From a virus (lineage: Duplodnaviria > Caudoviricetes): a stretch of DNA of 53,928 bases. The notes under the pieces are model-generated. The model worked only from the letters and a program-made list of their open reading frames with translations, was not told the origin of the DNA and did not search any database. How positions within the stretch are numbered: the first letter of the stretch is position 1; each line of letters opens with the position of its first letter. The translations under genes were made by a program, and so were the position numbers. The stretch is from positions 1 to 53,928 of the IMG/VR virus record IMGVR_UViG_3300029309_000058. One strand, written 5' to 3'. Positions 19,588 to 27,748 of this stretch are shown in pieces.

Positions 19588-20026
19588 CGTTACCTCCATG
19601 TAAAGTGAATAATTCCACACCTTTACCACATTGTAAAGAGTGTTCGTTACAAATGTTTACAGCTTGACTTGCAGTAGCACCCATTGCTAACGCACCAAGT
19701 GCTATCTCCTTCCCATCTCCGAACGCAGAGTATGGTGCTGTGTTTGGTATCAACATCTTGTACGATAATTCATACAGTCCATCTTTCTTCACAACGATTA
19801 GCTTTGCTTGACTAGGTGCTACATCGGGCATGATATCGGGCATACCTTGCTGATACCATTCCGATAGTTGTCTGATGTAGTGTGCTAGTCCAACACCTGT
19901 AATGATTACTACTTCTTTATCCTTGCTCATGCCATACCAAGCCTTTGATGACTCCCATTTCTGAGAGCCATCATTAGCCATTCTGTCAGTAGCAAGGGTC
20001 TTTCCATCCCATGCTATTACTGTCAT
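19568..20026 (-). CDS. HslV/proteasome-beta-like Ntn-hydrolase
   Basis: N-terminal (M)TVIAWDGKTLATD; AFGDGKEIALGALAMGA..QAV (GDG where GSG is usual). Confidence 0.65.
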   Translation of the reverse strand: MTVIAWDGKTLATDRMANDGSQKWESSKAWYGMSKDKEVVIITGVGLAHYIRQLSEWYQQGMPDIMPDVAPSQAKLIVVKKDGLYELSYKMLIPNTAPYSAFGDGKEIALGALAMGATASQAVNICNEHSLQCGKGVELFTLHGGNDEQKEC

Positions 20027-21138
20027 AGTTTCCTCGCTTCCTCTATTGTTAGCATTCGGTTACTCATATAAGATGAGAACCTGTACTTATCCTCACGCTT
20101 CTCATCATGTCCTTCTTTCTCAAAGACATCGAATCGTCTACGCAATTCAACCGACATGTCTGTCAGTATCTTGTGGACACCATCAAACACTTCCTTGCTT
20201 GTAGGCTTGGACTGTTGGTAGTATCCACTCGATGGTGTAGAACAGAAACCAATCAACAACTCTTTTGAGAACTCGTTGTCTCGTATTGATTTTTCAAGCA
20301 AGTCAAGCCAAGGTTGACTAGACCAATCGGGTTGCTTCCAATGGTATGTACTCTGCCCTTGTCTCTCTGCCCACACCTTCTCAATCAATGGATCAAAGGC
20401 ACGAACCTTTGCCCTTGCTTTGATACCACGCTTGAACTTGGCTAGTGCTTGTCGCCATACCTTACGTTCGTCAGCTTTCTCAACGAACTTGTCATCGGGT
20501 CTACGATTGAGACACTCACCAGTAATGATGTTGAACTTCAGACCTTGAAAGTATGCAGGTGATTCCTTCATCATCCTGCTTTGTATGCTGTATGATGACA
20601 TGTAGCATGAAGACTTGAAGTCATTGCATATAGCTTCGCCAACATTGTCAGACAACATCTCAGCTTTTGCTAGTTGGTTTTTGTACCATTCTTCTACTCT
20701 CTTAACCATTGCCTTGGCATGATGACCTGTGTGTTGTACCCGATACAAACCTTTCTTGTGTCGTTCGAACATGAATGGTATCCAACGATACGCTGATGAC
20801 ACAATAGATTGTGAGTGTTGCCATACCACAGATGGTGGTGCAACAAACTCCACTATGTTGTCAGGTGTTATACGCATAAAAGCTGTACTGCCGTACCCCT
20901 CAACGTGAACATCATAACATGTGACACCTTGTTGTACTGTCTGAAACAGTCTGAAGCTTGCCGATATCTTACGACCCTTTGACTTGTCACGACACCTTGC
21001 AAACTGATTGGCAAAATGGTCATAGGTTTCTAGCCTACGACCACCGTTGTCTGTGTCTGCATAACTGCTGTATCGATACTCATTAGCCATCTCTTGTTTG
21101 ATGTACGCAATGAGTTCTTGTTTGTTACTTACTTCCAT
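20023..21138 (-). CDS. Hypothetical protein (371 aa)
   Basis: Long ORF with GAGGTAACTATG start. Confidence 0.8.
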   Translation of the reverse strand: MEVSNKQELIAYIKQEMANEYRYSSYADTDNGGRRLETYDHFANQFARCRDKSKGRKISASFRLFQTVQQGVTCYDVHVEGYGSTAFMRITPDNIVEFVAPPSVVWQHSQSIVSSAYRWIPFMFERHKKGLYRVQHTGHHAKAMVKRVEEWYKNQLAKAEMLSDNVGEAICNDFKSSCYMSSYSIQSRMMKESPAYFQGLKFNIITGECLNRRPDDKFVEKADERKVWRQALAKFKRGIKARAKVRAFDPLIEKVWAERQGQSTYHWKQPDWSSQPWLDLLEKSIRDNEFSKELLIGFCSTPSSGYYQQSKPTSKEVFDGVHKILTDMSVELRRRFDVFEKEGHDEKREDKYRFSSYMSNRMLTIEEARKL

Positions 21139-21146
21139 AGTTACCT

Positions 21147-21839
21147 CTACTTTCTTGTTAGTTTATTGAATGTTACTTGAGCCGTCATACTGTTTAGGTC
21201 TACACCAATATCTTCTGCTGTCTTTGGCTTGACCTTCTCAGTAATTTTCTTGTGGCGTTCCTTGGCATCATCGGGTAACAAATCCCACAATGGTTGCCAT
21301 GCTTTCAACGCAGGTGCTAGTGTTGTATAGGTAGTCACAATCTGCTTGACCCCTGCTACAAACTCATCCTTCTTAGCTTCTGCATTGAAGATACCTTGGG
21401 TATACTTCTTGAATGGTTCATGTAGCCATTCAAACTTCTCATTGTGGTAATCAATCTCACACCTTGAGTAGTCCATGTAGTACCCACTATCTATCTTACC
21501 TTGCCACTCTTTCTGTGGTGGAAATGGTAACGGACTTGGTAGTTGTAAACGTAAGTCTACATGCTTCCATGTTTCTACCTTGGTATGTGCTGTCTGCCAT
21601 ACATCTTCGGGTGCATTCTTGAACCCTGTAAGTGTTAGGCATTCAACCTTACCAAAGAATCCATCGGGCAAAGCATTCATCTTTGCTTGGATATCTGCTG
21701 AGAACAAACTGTCATACAGTTTCTTACCCCAGTCTTTGGGGTAGTTCTTCTTTGCTTGTTCGATGTTGTCATCAAACATTCTCTCTGCATTCTTGACGAT
21801 ATCGTCTTGCAGTTGTTGGCTAAATCTTACTGTTGCCAT
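21147..21839 (-). CDS. Hypothetical protein, weak Nmad5-like C-terminus
   Basis: TTLAPALKAWQPLWDLLP resembles the Nmad5 T..L...WP...LLP end; family call tentative. Confidence 0.6.
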   Translation of the reverse strand: MATVRFSQQLQDDIVKNAERMFDDNIEQAKKNYPKDWGKKLYDSLFSADIQAKMNALPDGFFGKVECLTLTGFKNAPEDVWQTAHTKVETWKHVDLRLQLPSPLPFPPQKEWQGKIDSGYYMDYSRCEIDYHNEKFEWLHEPFKKYTQGIFNAEAKKDEFVAGVKQIVTTYTTLAPALKAWQPLWDLLPDDAKERHKKITEKVKPKTAEDIGVDLNSMTAQVTFNKLTRK

Positions 21840-22012
21840 GTGCTATCTCCTTTGTTCCATTGTTTAATTAAACTACGGACATGTTCTTCTGCCATAGTAC
21901 CTAGTTCCTTGCGTATCTTCTCGAACGCTTGTTCATTGGTCATGCCATATTCATCTAGGCATGTGACCAACATTGTCTCTGCTTCAATGCAGAGATTTTT
22001 AACTTGACCCAT
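21827..22012 (-). CDS. Hypothetical protein (61 aa)
   Basis: GGAGGTAACAATG start. Confidence 0.7.
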   Translation of the reverse strand: MGQVKNLCIEAETMLVTCLDEYGMTNEQAFEKIRKELGTMAEEHVRSLIKQWNKGDSTWQQ

Positions 22013-22196
22013 TGTTACCTCCTTGTGGATAAGCTATTTCTTTGTCGGGTATTTCGATGTACCCTCTTGTTACTTTATGTTTGAAGTAGAGATACCCATT
22101 GGCTCTGTGCATAAACATATAGCCGTTGAGTATCTCCTTACTTGCGTATTCAAACACCTCATCTATGTCGTGTTCAGTTACGAGTTGCCTAGTCAT
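21999..22196 (-). CDS. Hypothetical protein (65 aa)
   Basis: GGAGG RBS before ATG 22196. Confidence 0.6.
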   Translation of the reverse strand: MTRQLVTEHDIDEVFEYASKEILNGYMFMHRANGYLYFKHKVTRGYIEIPDKEIAYPQGGNNGSS

Positions 22197-23319
22197 GGAC
22201 ACCCTCCATGTATACGACCTCACCCCAAGGGGCAGTGCCTTTCATGTTGGATACCCATAAGACTGGATACGCAGGCTCGTCACCAAAGTCGTCACAACAC
22301 AGGTCTGTGAGTACGACACAAGCAACAGGATCAATGTCCTTGTCCTGCATGAATCTGAAGATAGGACTGAACGCAGTACCTCCACCACCATGTGGTTTGA
22401 TTACTGGCTCATCATCTTCAAAGCAGTCGTAGTGACAGACAACAGAGTCAAAGTAGATGACATGTATCTTGGTAGGCGATAAGTCTTGGTAGACTTTAGT
22501 AATCTCACTCGCAAACTGAGTGAGTTCCTCCTCGCCAATCGAACCCGATGTGTCGATAGCAAAGCATAGTTCACCTAGTGCTTCACCCGATACGCTCGGT
22601 AGATACATACCTTGTGACAAGAACCTCCTGTTTGGTCTTGCCCAAGTCCTCGTGTCAGTACGTTGCTTGACAAGAAACCTCTGCATGACATCTTTCCAAT
22701 TCACTCGTGGCTTCATCAAGTCACCAACGAATCGTTCAAGTCCTGCTGATAGTTTGCCCATCATCTTTGCAGACTGAGCCGCTTGAGCAACTTTGACTTT
22801 CCACTCTGCTTTCTTCTGCTCAATCTCAGCAGGGGAAGAGTTCTCCCCTGCATCTTCGATGTCATCGTATGGTTTCATTCCGTTACCATACCCACCATCA
22901 CCATCTTCGGGCATTGGTGGCAACAAGTTGTAGACACCATCGGTAGTACCACCACCTTGCTTGAGCAAGTCTCTGTCCATGACACCACCTTCGATGAACC
23001 TGCCAATGCCCTCGTCTTCAAGCATTGGATTGATGACAGCATCACCTGCATAGTTCCAACGCTTCGGGTCACGACCATTCAACCGAAAGATGTGTTCGAA
23101 CATAGGATGACAAACTTCGTGAGCAACGAGGAACAACAGTTCATCGTCTTTCAATGGCTCACAAAAGTTAGGGTTAAACAACACACGGCTACCATTGGTA
23201 GCCGCTGTTGGAACATCCTCTGATAATTCAAAGGGCATGTTCATTGCCAAGTTACCAAAGAACGGATGCTCAAGTATGAGTGCCGTCTTTGCCTTGGCGA
23301 TTCTTCTTTCTAAGTCCAT
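22189..23319 (-). CDS. DUF2201-type metallopeptidase-like + VWA domain protein
   Basis: TAATNG, HEVCH (HExxH), MIDAS DTSGS, GGGGT, LTD. Confidence 0.85.
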   Translation of the reverse strand: MDLERRIAKAKTALILEHPFFGNLAMNMPFELSEDVPTAATNGSRVLFNPNFCEPLKDDELLFLVAHEVCHPMFEHIFRLNGRDPKRWNYAGDAVINPMLEDEGIGRFIEGGVMDRDLLKQGGGTTDGVYNLLPPMPEDGDGGYGNGMKPYDDIEDAGENSSPAEIEQKKAEWKVKVAQAAQSAKMMGKLSAGLERFVGDLMKPRVNWKDVMQRFLVKQRTDTRTWARPNRRFLSQGMYLPSVSGEALGELCFAIDTSGSIGEEELTQFASEITKVYQDLSPTKIHVIYFDSVVCHYDCFEDDEPVIKPHGGGGTAFSPIFRFMQDKDIDPVACVVLTDLCCDDFGDEPAYPVLWVSNMKGTAPWGEVVYMEGVHD

Positions 23320-24170
23320 TAGTTACCTCCCATAAATGCACCCATCTTATCCATAATAGCCTTCGCTTCCTCAGCCTTGGTACGTCTGAGGTCGGGGTCA
23401 TTACGCAAACTTTCTGGGTGGTTGTTAGCCAAACTCCCCTCAACTTGTTGTCGCATGGCTTCCAAGTTCGGGTCGTCAGCAAAGTTCAACCGACTAAGTA
23501 TTGAACAGACTTCCTTAGTATTCTCTACCAAGGTATCTCTGAACACAGACTTAGGGTCGGCAAGTTTCTCAGCCATGTGTTTCACTCGGTCATACAATCT
23601 CTGCCAAGCTTCTTGCATAGCTTGTTGAGCCGCATCTTGTACTCTCGACTCAACGTCTTGCTGTATCTTTTCCAACTCCTCGTCACCAATACTCACACGG
23701 AAGTCATTGGATGGTACTGGAAACACAGCCATGTCCATCTTGAACTTACGTTGTATATCATGCAGAGCAGGATAGTCATTCCTGTTGTACAAGTTACCAA
23801 GGAATCTCTGTGCATCTGCATGCAGTCGTGGATACTCTTGGAAGAATGTATCAACAAGTTGTTGCCAGTCAGACTTCTCTTTTCTAAACTCTGTCATAAA
23901 GTTTAGGTAGTTAGCTGATGGCAACATCATCGTACCTTCGATACCCCAAGGTAAGGTGTTCGTGTAGAACTTCTTACGGATTAGGGTAGACTTCTGATGA
24001 ATGTTAGTCAGAGCATCGTTCATTGGTAGCAACGATTTGTTGTACCTACCTGCTGTCAATGCACTGGCATTCTGTTGGGCAACCTGTTCGGTTGCCCTCT
24101 TGTCATATTTTCTTGCTGTCCATTGAGAAATGTTCAACTGAACTAGCAATGCTTTATCGCTCAACTTCAT
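23319..24170 (-). CDS. DUF3150-like helical protein of the MoxR/VWA cluster
   Basis: GGAGGTAACTATG start at 24170; lies between the AAA and VWA genes; TLPW motif. Confidence 0.6.
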   Translation of the reverse strand: MKLSDKALLVQLNISQWTARKYDKRATEQVAQQNASALTAGRYNKSLLPMNDALTNIHQKSTLIRKKFYTNTLPWGIEGTMMLPSANYLNFMTEFRKEKSDWQQLVDTFFQEYPRLHADAQRFLGNLYNRNDYPALHDIQRKFKMDMAVFPVPSNDFRVSIGDEELEKIQQDVESRVQDAAQQAMQEAWQRLYDRVKHMAEKLADPKSVFRDTLVENTKEVCSILSRLNFADDPNLEAMRQQVEGSLANNHPESLRNDPDLRRTKAEEAKAIMDKMGAFMGGN

Positions 24171-24180
24171 AGTTACCTCC

Positions 24181-25173
24181 TTAGAATAGAACGTCTTGAT
24201 GGTTAATCGCCCACTTCGTGAACGCTTCATGTGATGCAAGGTCGGGGTTCTTACGACTTGCATACGATACACACAACACCGAGAACTCGGGCGACATACG
24301 TTCAGCGAACTTCACGATGTTTCCAAAGTTTTCTGTGGTTGCTCTCTCACCCAATGCACCAGTAAGTGCATAGCAAGTAGCAGGGTCATCGGGTACAGTC
24401 ACAGACATTGGTGACTGAATGATTGTATCGGGGTTAGGTAGCTTCCGTTCAATCTTCAAGAAGCCACTGAACTCAGCGGCACAACCTTCACCAACAGCAC
24501 CCTTGAATGTCTCGTACTCTGCTTCGGGTGGTACAACACCAATCATGTCAGCAACACCCTCGACCCAACTACGAGGTGATGGGTTCACATCTCTCTGTGG
24601 ATCAAAGTCATGTAGCAATGCAGTACGGAATCGAATGAATGATATGACAACAGGTTTCACTCCGTGGTCAATCGCCCATGATGTCCAGTCATCAAGGTGT
24701 GTCTCCAACTCATACACAGTCTCACGATTACGCAAGTGAGACAGCACTCTGTTAGCACCTGCCCTGTCTGCTTGTCTGTTACCAGTAGACACGACCATCC
24801 AACCTTTCTTCATTGGCTTGCCGTGTAGATTCCTAGCTTGACAGATGTTAGCCAACACCTTCTGCAAGTCTGCACTCGCTTGGTTTCTGTCATCGAAACA
24901 CAGGATACCTTCATTGGGTATGTCATCCCTGCCCTCGTATGGAAACCAATCGGGTAGCTTGTAGTGAAGCATGTCATCACCATTCGGATAGAGGATACCA
25001 AAGTCCTCCACCAACATGGTTGGCATATGCTTCTCGATGTATCCGACACCCAACTCCTTGGCAACTTCTTGCACGATGGTTGTCTTACCTCCACCCGGGC
25101 TACCTTCGATAGCGATAGTCCGTTTGGTTGGGAACAGATTTCTAATAGTTTCCTTCAACAATGTTGCTCGCAT
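24181..25173 (-). CDS. MoxR-like AAA+ ATPase
   Basis: GSPGGGKT; ILCFDDRNQA; STGNR; LRNR; PSPRSW. Confidence 0.85.
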   Translation of the reverse strand: MRATLLKETIRNLFPTKRTIAIEGSPGGGKTTIVQEVAKELGVGYIEKHMPTMLVEDFGILYPNGDDMLHYKLPDWFPYEGRDDIPNEGILCFDDRNQASADLQKVLANICQARNLHGKPMKKGWMVVSTGNRQADRAGANRVLSHLRNRETVYELETHLDDWTSWAIDHGVKPVVISFIRFRTALLHDFDPQRDVNPSPRSWVEGVADMIGVVPPEAEYETFKGAVGEGCAAEFSGFLKIERKLPNPDTIIQSPMSVTVPDDPATCYALTGALGERATTENFGNIVKFAERMSPEFSVLCVSYASRKNPDLASHEAFTKWAINHQDVLF

Positions 25174-25364
25174 TACGCACCTTCCTTTCTGTTATGGTTA
25201 TACTTGCGATGGTCAAAGCCATAGGATACGACTTGTTTGCCGACCCTAGTCCTCTTGGCGACTTGCTTGTCTGAGTAGAAGATGATGTCGCCCTTATCAT
25301 CTCGTACTGGTACTCCACCTTGATGCGTTCTCAGCATGAAGAGTTTCAACGTAGCCTTAGCCAT
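25173..25364 (-). CDS. Small basic hypothetical protein
   Basis: GGAG RBS; coupled to neighbours. Confidence 0.65.
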   Translation of the reverse strand: MAKATLKLFMLRTHQGGVPVRDDKGDIIFYSDKQVAKRTRVGKQVVSYGFDHRKYNHNRKEGA

Positions 25365-25563
25365 TAGTGACTCCTTCTATAATTTGTTGTGGTGTAAGGC
25401 ATGAGTTGTATTCAGTCCAAAGACTTTCATCCCATGTCTCACAACCTAACAACAGGTTGATAATTACAAAGGCAAGAAAGACACCAACACCTGCCGTTAC
25501 GACAAGTGCTAGTATCCATTCCAATACCTTTCGTTTAGTTACAGGGTGTCCGAACATAATCAT
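25357..25563 (-). CDS. Small single-TM membrane protein
   Basis: ATGA-coupled start at 25563; hydrophobic WILALVV...LLLG followed by C..C segment. Confidence 0.6.
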   Translation of the reverse strand: MIMFGHPVTKRKVLEWILALVVTAGVGVFLAFVIINLLLGCETWDESLWTEYNSCLTPQQIIEGVTNG

Positions 25564-25658
25564 AAGCTGAACAAACCCCATCCAAAGTAGATGTCTAGTA
25601 TGGAAACAGTAGCTGATGCCAATGCCCCCCATATAATCCACCATGTGATATCATTCAT
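25560..25658 (-). CDS. 32-aa hydrophobic peptide (MNDITWWIIWGALASATVSILDIYFGWGLFSL)
   Basis: AAGGAGG RBS; overlaps both neighbours; below the ORF-track cutoff. Confidence 0.6.
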   Translation of the reverse strand: MNDITWWIIWGALASATVSILDIYFGWGLFSL

Positions 25659-25863
25659 ACAAACCTCCTTTGTTGTTGATACCTTTCAGTTCTTTCTTGT
25701 TGGATATCACAACGTAGTTAGACTTGTGCATTGGTACGACTGTAAACTTACGCTTACCTGCCGTAACCTGTCCACATTCTAGACACGTTCGATAACCAAG
25801 TTGATAACGAGCAGGCATAACCTCCTCGATACCACAAACATTACAAGTATGTTTATCTGTCAT
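25651..25863 (-). CDS. DksA/TraR-like C4 zinc-finger protein
   Basis: CNVCG....PAR..LG.RTCLEC; GGAG RBS. Confidence 0.6.
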   Translation of the reverse strand: MTDKHTCNVCGIEEVMPARYQLGYRTCLECGQVTAGKRKFTVVPMHKSNYVVISNKKELKGINNKGGLYE

Positions 25864-25881
25864 TGTATCTCCCATAGTTAC

Positions 25882-25914
25882 AAAAAAAGAGAGCATGGTG
25901 TTACCCATGCTCTC
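25882..25914 (-). terminator. Intrinsic terminator/attenuator after the first gene of early unit 2
   Basis: GAGAGCATGG/CCATGCTCTC 10-bp stem, loop GTAACA, then T7. Confidence 0.8.
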
Positions 25915-25924
25915 CAATGAATGG

Positions 25925-26233
25925 TTAGGATAGAACTTCAATGTCGCTCTTTCTTGAAGCAGTCTTTGTAAGGTCACGCTTCTCCAACATGGCTAAGTAT
26001 GGCTTACCACCAAACCTCAAGCTAGCTAGCAGTACAGGTTGTTCTGCTTTGTTAGCATCGGGTACAAACAAGTTCATCTCATACTTCAACTTAGTAGCAT
26101 GCTCTTTCATCTTGTTGTACAACTCAGATACGTTCTCTTTGTTGAACTTACCTTCGGGATTAGGTCTGATGTTAACCTTCTTAGTCTTGTGGTTAGCAAA
26201 CAGTTCTACATTACCTTCGTATAATTTACCCAT
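25925..26233 (-). CDS. Early protein, paralog B
   Basis: AAGGAGG RBS; motif-level homology to 27328-27645. Confidence 0.8.
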   Translation of the reverse strand: MGKLYEGNVELFANHKTKKVNIRPNPEGKFNKENVSELYNKMKEHATKLKYEMNLFVPDANKAEQPVLLASLRFGGKPYLAMLEKRDLTKTASRKSDIEVLS

Positions 26234-26314
26234 GATATACCTCCTTTGTTAAGATCATTGGTATATCGACATAGGAATCTAGAGATATAATACTCTCGCC
26301 CTGCCGATTTTTAA

Positions 26315-26343
26315 AATTTATCAAATCGAAATCGTTTTGTAAA
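26315..26343 (-). promoter_or_regulatory. Sigma70-type early promoter P2
   Basis: TTTACA-17-TAAATT with extended TG; predicted +1 at 26308 (ATCGGCA). Confidence 0.65.
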
Positions 26344-26344
26344 G

Positions 26345-26808
26345 TTTTGGCGTCTTTACAAGATAAACGCAAGTTTAAACAAGTATCTATAAACACACAG
26401 CTTTATACATGTATAGTTACAGGATACCTACAGGTTATAGATACTGGAAAACATAAGTATAACAGCAGGTTACAACTTAGTATATAAACTATCTAGGTGG
26501 AATTAAGTAATACGTTGCTACTCTCGCTATCGTTATATCGTTGGTAATATCTTGCAGACAAAGGGTATATGTATAATTCATAGATAATTTAGATAAACTA
26601 GATAGTATTTCGCTTGTCATATGGCTAAAACGCAAGTAAATCAACGCTTAATGGTAACCTCGGTGTAAAGTTTAGGTATCTAAAACACAACATATTGTGT
26701 CAAGTTAGTAACTAGATAGCTAGATAGCCTGCAACTTTACATTCTAACGATAACATTATCTCCGTAAGTAACGTGCGATAACCCCCCGAACTATGGGATT
26801 ATATATTT
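26345..26808. other. AT-rich non-coding region with 9 TAGATA copies; candidate replication origin
   Basis: TAGATA at 26438, 26581, 26590, 26599, 26713, 26721; inverted at 26384, 26490, 26677. Confidence 0.45.
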
Positions 26809-26859
26809 AAAAAAATAAAAAAGAAAAAAGAAATAAAAAAAGAAAGGGGCCGAAGCCCC
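26809..26859 (-). terminator. Strong intrinsic terminator of early unit 1
   Basis: GGGGC-TTCG-GCCCC followed by ~37 nt T-rich tract. Confidence 0.85.
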
Positions 26860-26864
26860 AATCC

Positions 26865-27071
26865 TTAGTTTGATAGTATCCAAAAGTGATCCCATGACAC
26901 TCGCTTGTCTGTTGGTCTTACAAACTTAGCGATGCGTGGTAGTGAATCCAAGTTATTATCTTTGATTGCACGTTTTAGTTCGAGTAGTTTAGTTGTGGTT
27001 GCATCGAACATGTATTTTACATCTTCACCAGTTAATACTAGTGTGTCGTTTTTATATCTTACTTTGTACAT
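26865..27071 (-). CDS. Small early protein (68 aa)
   Basis: GGAGATAACTATG start. Confidence 0.7.
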   Translation of the reverse strand: MYKVRYKNDTLVLTGEDVKYMFDATTTKLLELKRAIKDNNLDSLPRIAKFVRPTDKRVSWDHFWILSN

Positions 27072-27077
27072 AGTTAT

Positions 27078-27121
27078 CTCCGTTAGTTGTGAGGGAGCCG
27101 AAGCTCCCTCGGTTGATGTTA
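27078..27121 (-). repeat. Intergenic UUCG-hairpin module, copy 2
   Basis: TAACATCAACC-GAGGGAGC-TTCG-GCTCCCTC-ACAACTAACGGAG. Confidence 0.8.
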
Positions 27122-27277
27122 CCTGACACAATGTATTTGTATCTGGTTAGCATAACAGACGTTCTTGTCTATCAGCTGTGACCAAGCCCAATTCTCAGCT
27201 TGTTTCTGAGAAAAGAACCATCTGAAGTAGAAAGAGTTATCTTCAATCCACGTCAACTTCACTGTGCGTTTATCCAT
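27119..27277 (-). CDS. Small early protein (52 aa, MDKRTVKLTWIEDNSFYFRWF...)
   Basis: GGAG RBS; sits exactly between the two hairpin modules. Confidence 0.65.
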   Translation of the reverse strand: MDKRTVKLTWIEDNSFYFRWFFSQKQAENWAWSQLIDKNVCYANQIQIHCVR

Positions 27278-27283
27278 GTTGCA

Positions 27284-27330
27284 CTCCATTGTTGCGAGTG
27301 GAGCCGAAGCTCCACTCTGGGTTGATGTTA
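27284..27330 (-). repeat. Intergenic UUCG-hairpin module, copy 1
   Basis: TAACATCAACCCA-GAGTGGAGC-TTCG-GCTCCACTC-GCAACAATGGAG. Confidence 0.8.
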
Positions 27331-27645
27331 AGCAAGCTTACGTTTCTTGCTTTTGGTAGTAGTCGACTTCTTCGCCATTGGCGGAAGCATAGTCAACTTC
27401 GGCTTGCCGAACTTGTCAGCCAATAAGACTGGTTCGAGATTCTTGGACTTCACTGGGAAGTAGAAGCTCCAAGTGTTAAGCGGAAGCTTTTCAGCCTTGC
27501 TCAACTCGTTAGCCTTAGCTAACAACTCAGAAGCATTTTCTGAATTGAAAGCGCCATCGATATCCTTTTCAAGGCGGATATCCTCTGTGCCGTCCTTGGC
27601 TTCGCCAGTGACAATAGACACATTACCTCTAAAGAGTTTACTCAT
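27328..27645 (-). CDS. Early protein, paralog A
   Basis: GGAGGT RBS before ATG 27645; homology to 25925-26233. Confidence 0.8.
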   Translation of the reverse strand: MSKLFRGNVSIVTGEAKDGTEDIRLEKDIDGAFNSENASELLAKANELSKAEKLPLNTWSFYFPVKSKNLEPVLLADKFGKPKLTMLPPMAKKSTTTKSKKRKLA

Positions 27646-27719
27646 GTAAACACCTCCGTAATGTGAGCATGGGCGAGTGCTCGGGTTATGCCCAATCGGT
27701 CTGTGTTGCCGATGATTTA

Positions 27720-27748
27720 AAGCTATCAAAACTATACACGTTTGTCAA
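27720..27748 (-). promoter_or_regulatory. Sigma70-type early promoter P1
   Basis: TTGACA-17-TAGCTT with extended TG; predicted +1 at 27713 (ATCGGCA). Confidence 0.7.

Noticed and set aside
26846-27317. GCCGAAGC hairpins as N4-type virion RNAP promoters or a mini-CRISPR
   Set aside because: Loops are 4-nt cUUCGg on the coding strand, no vRNAP motif was seen, and the spacers are genes rather than 30-40 nt spacers
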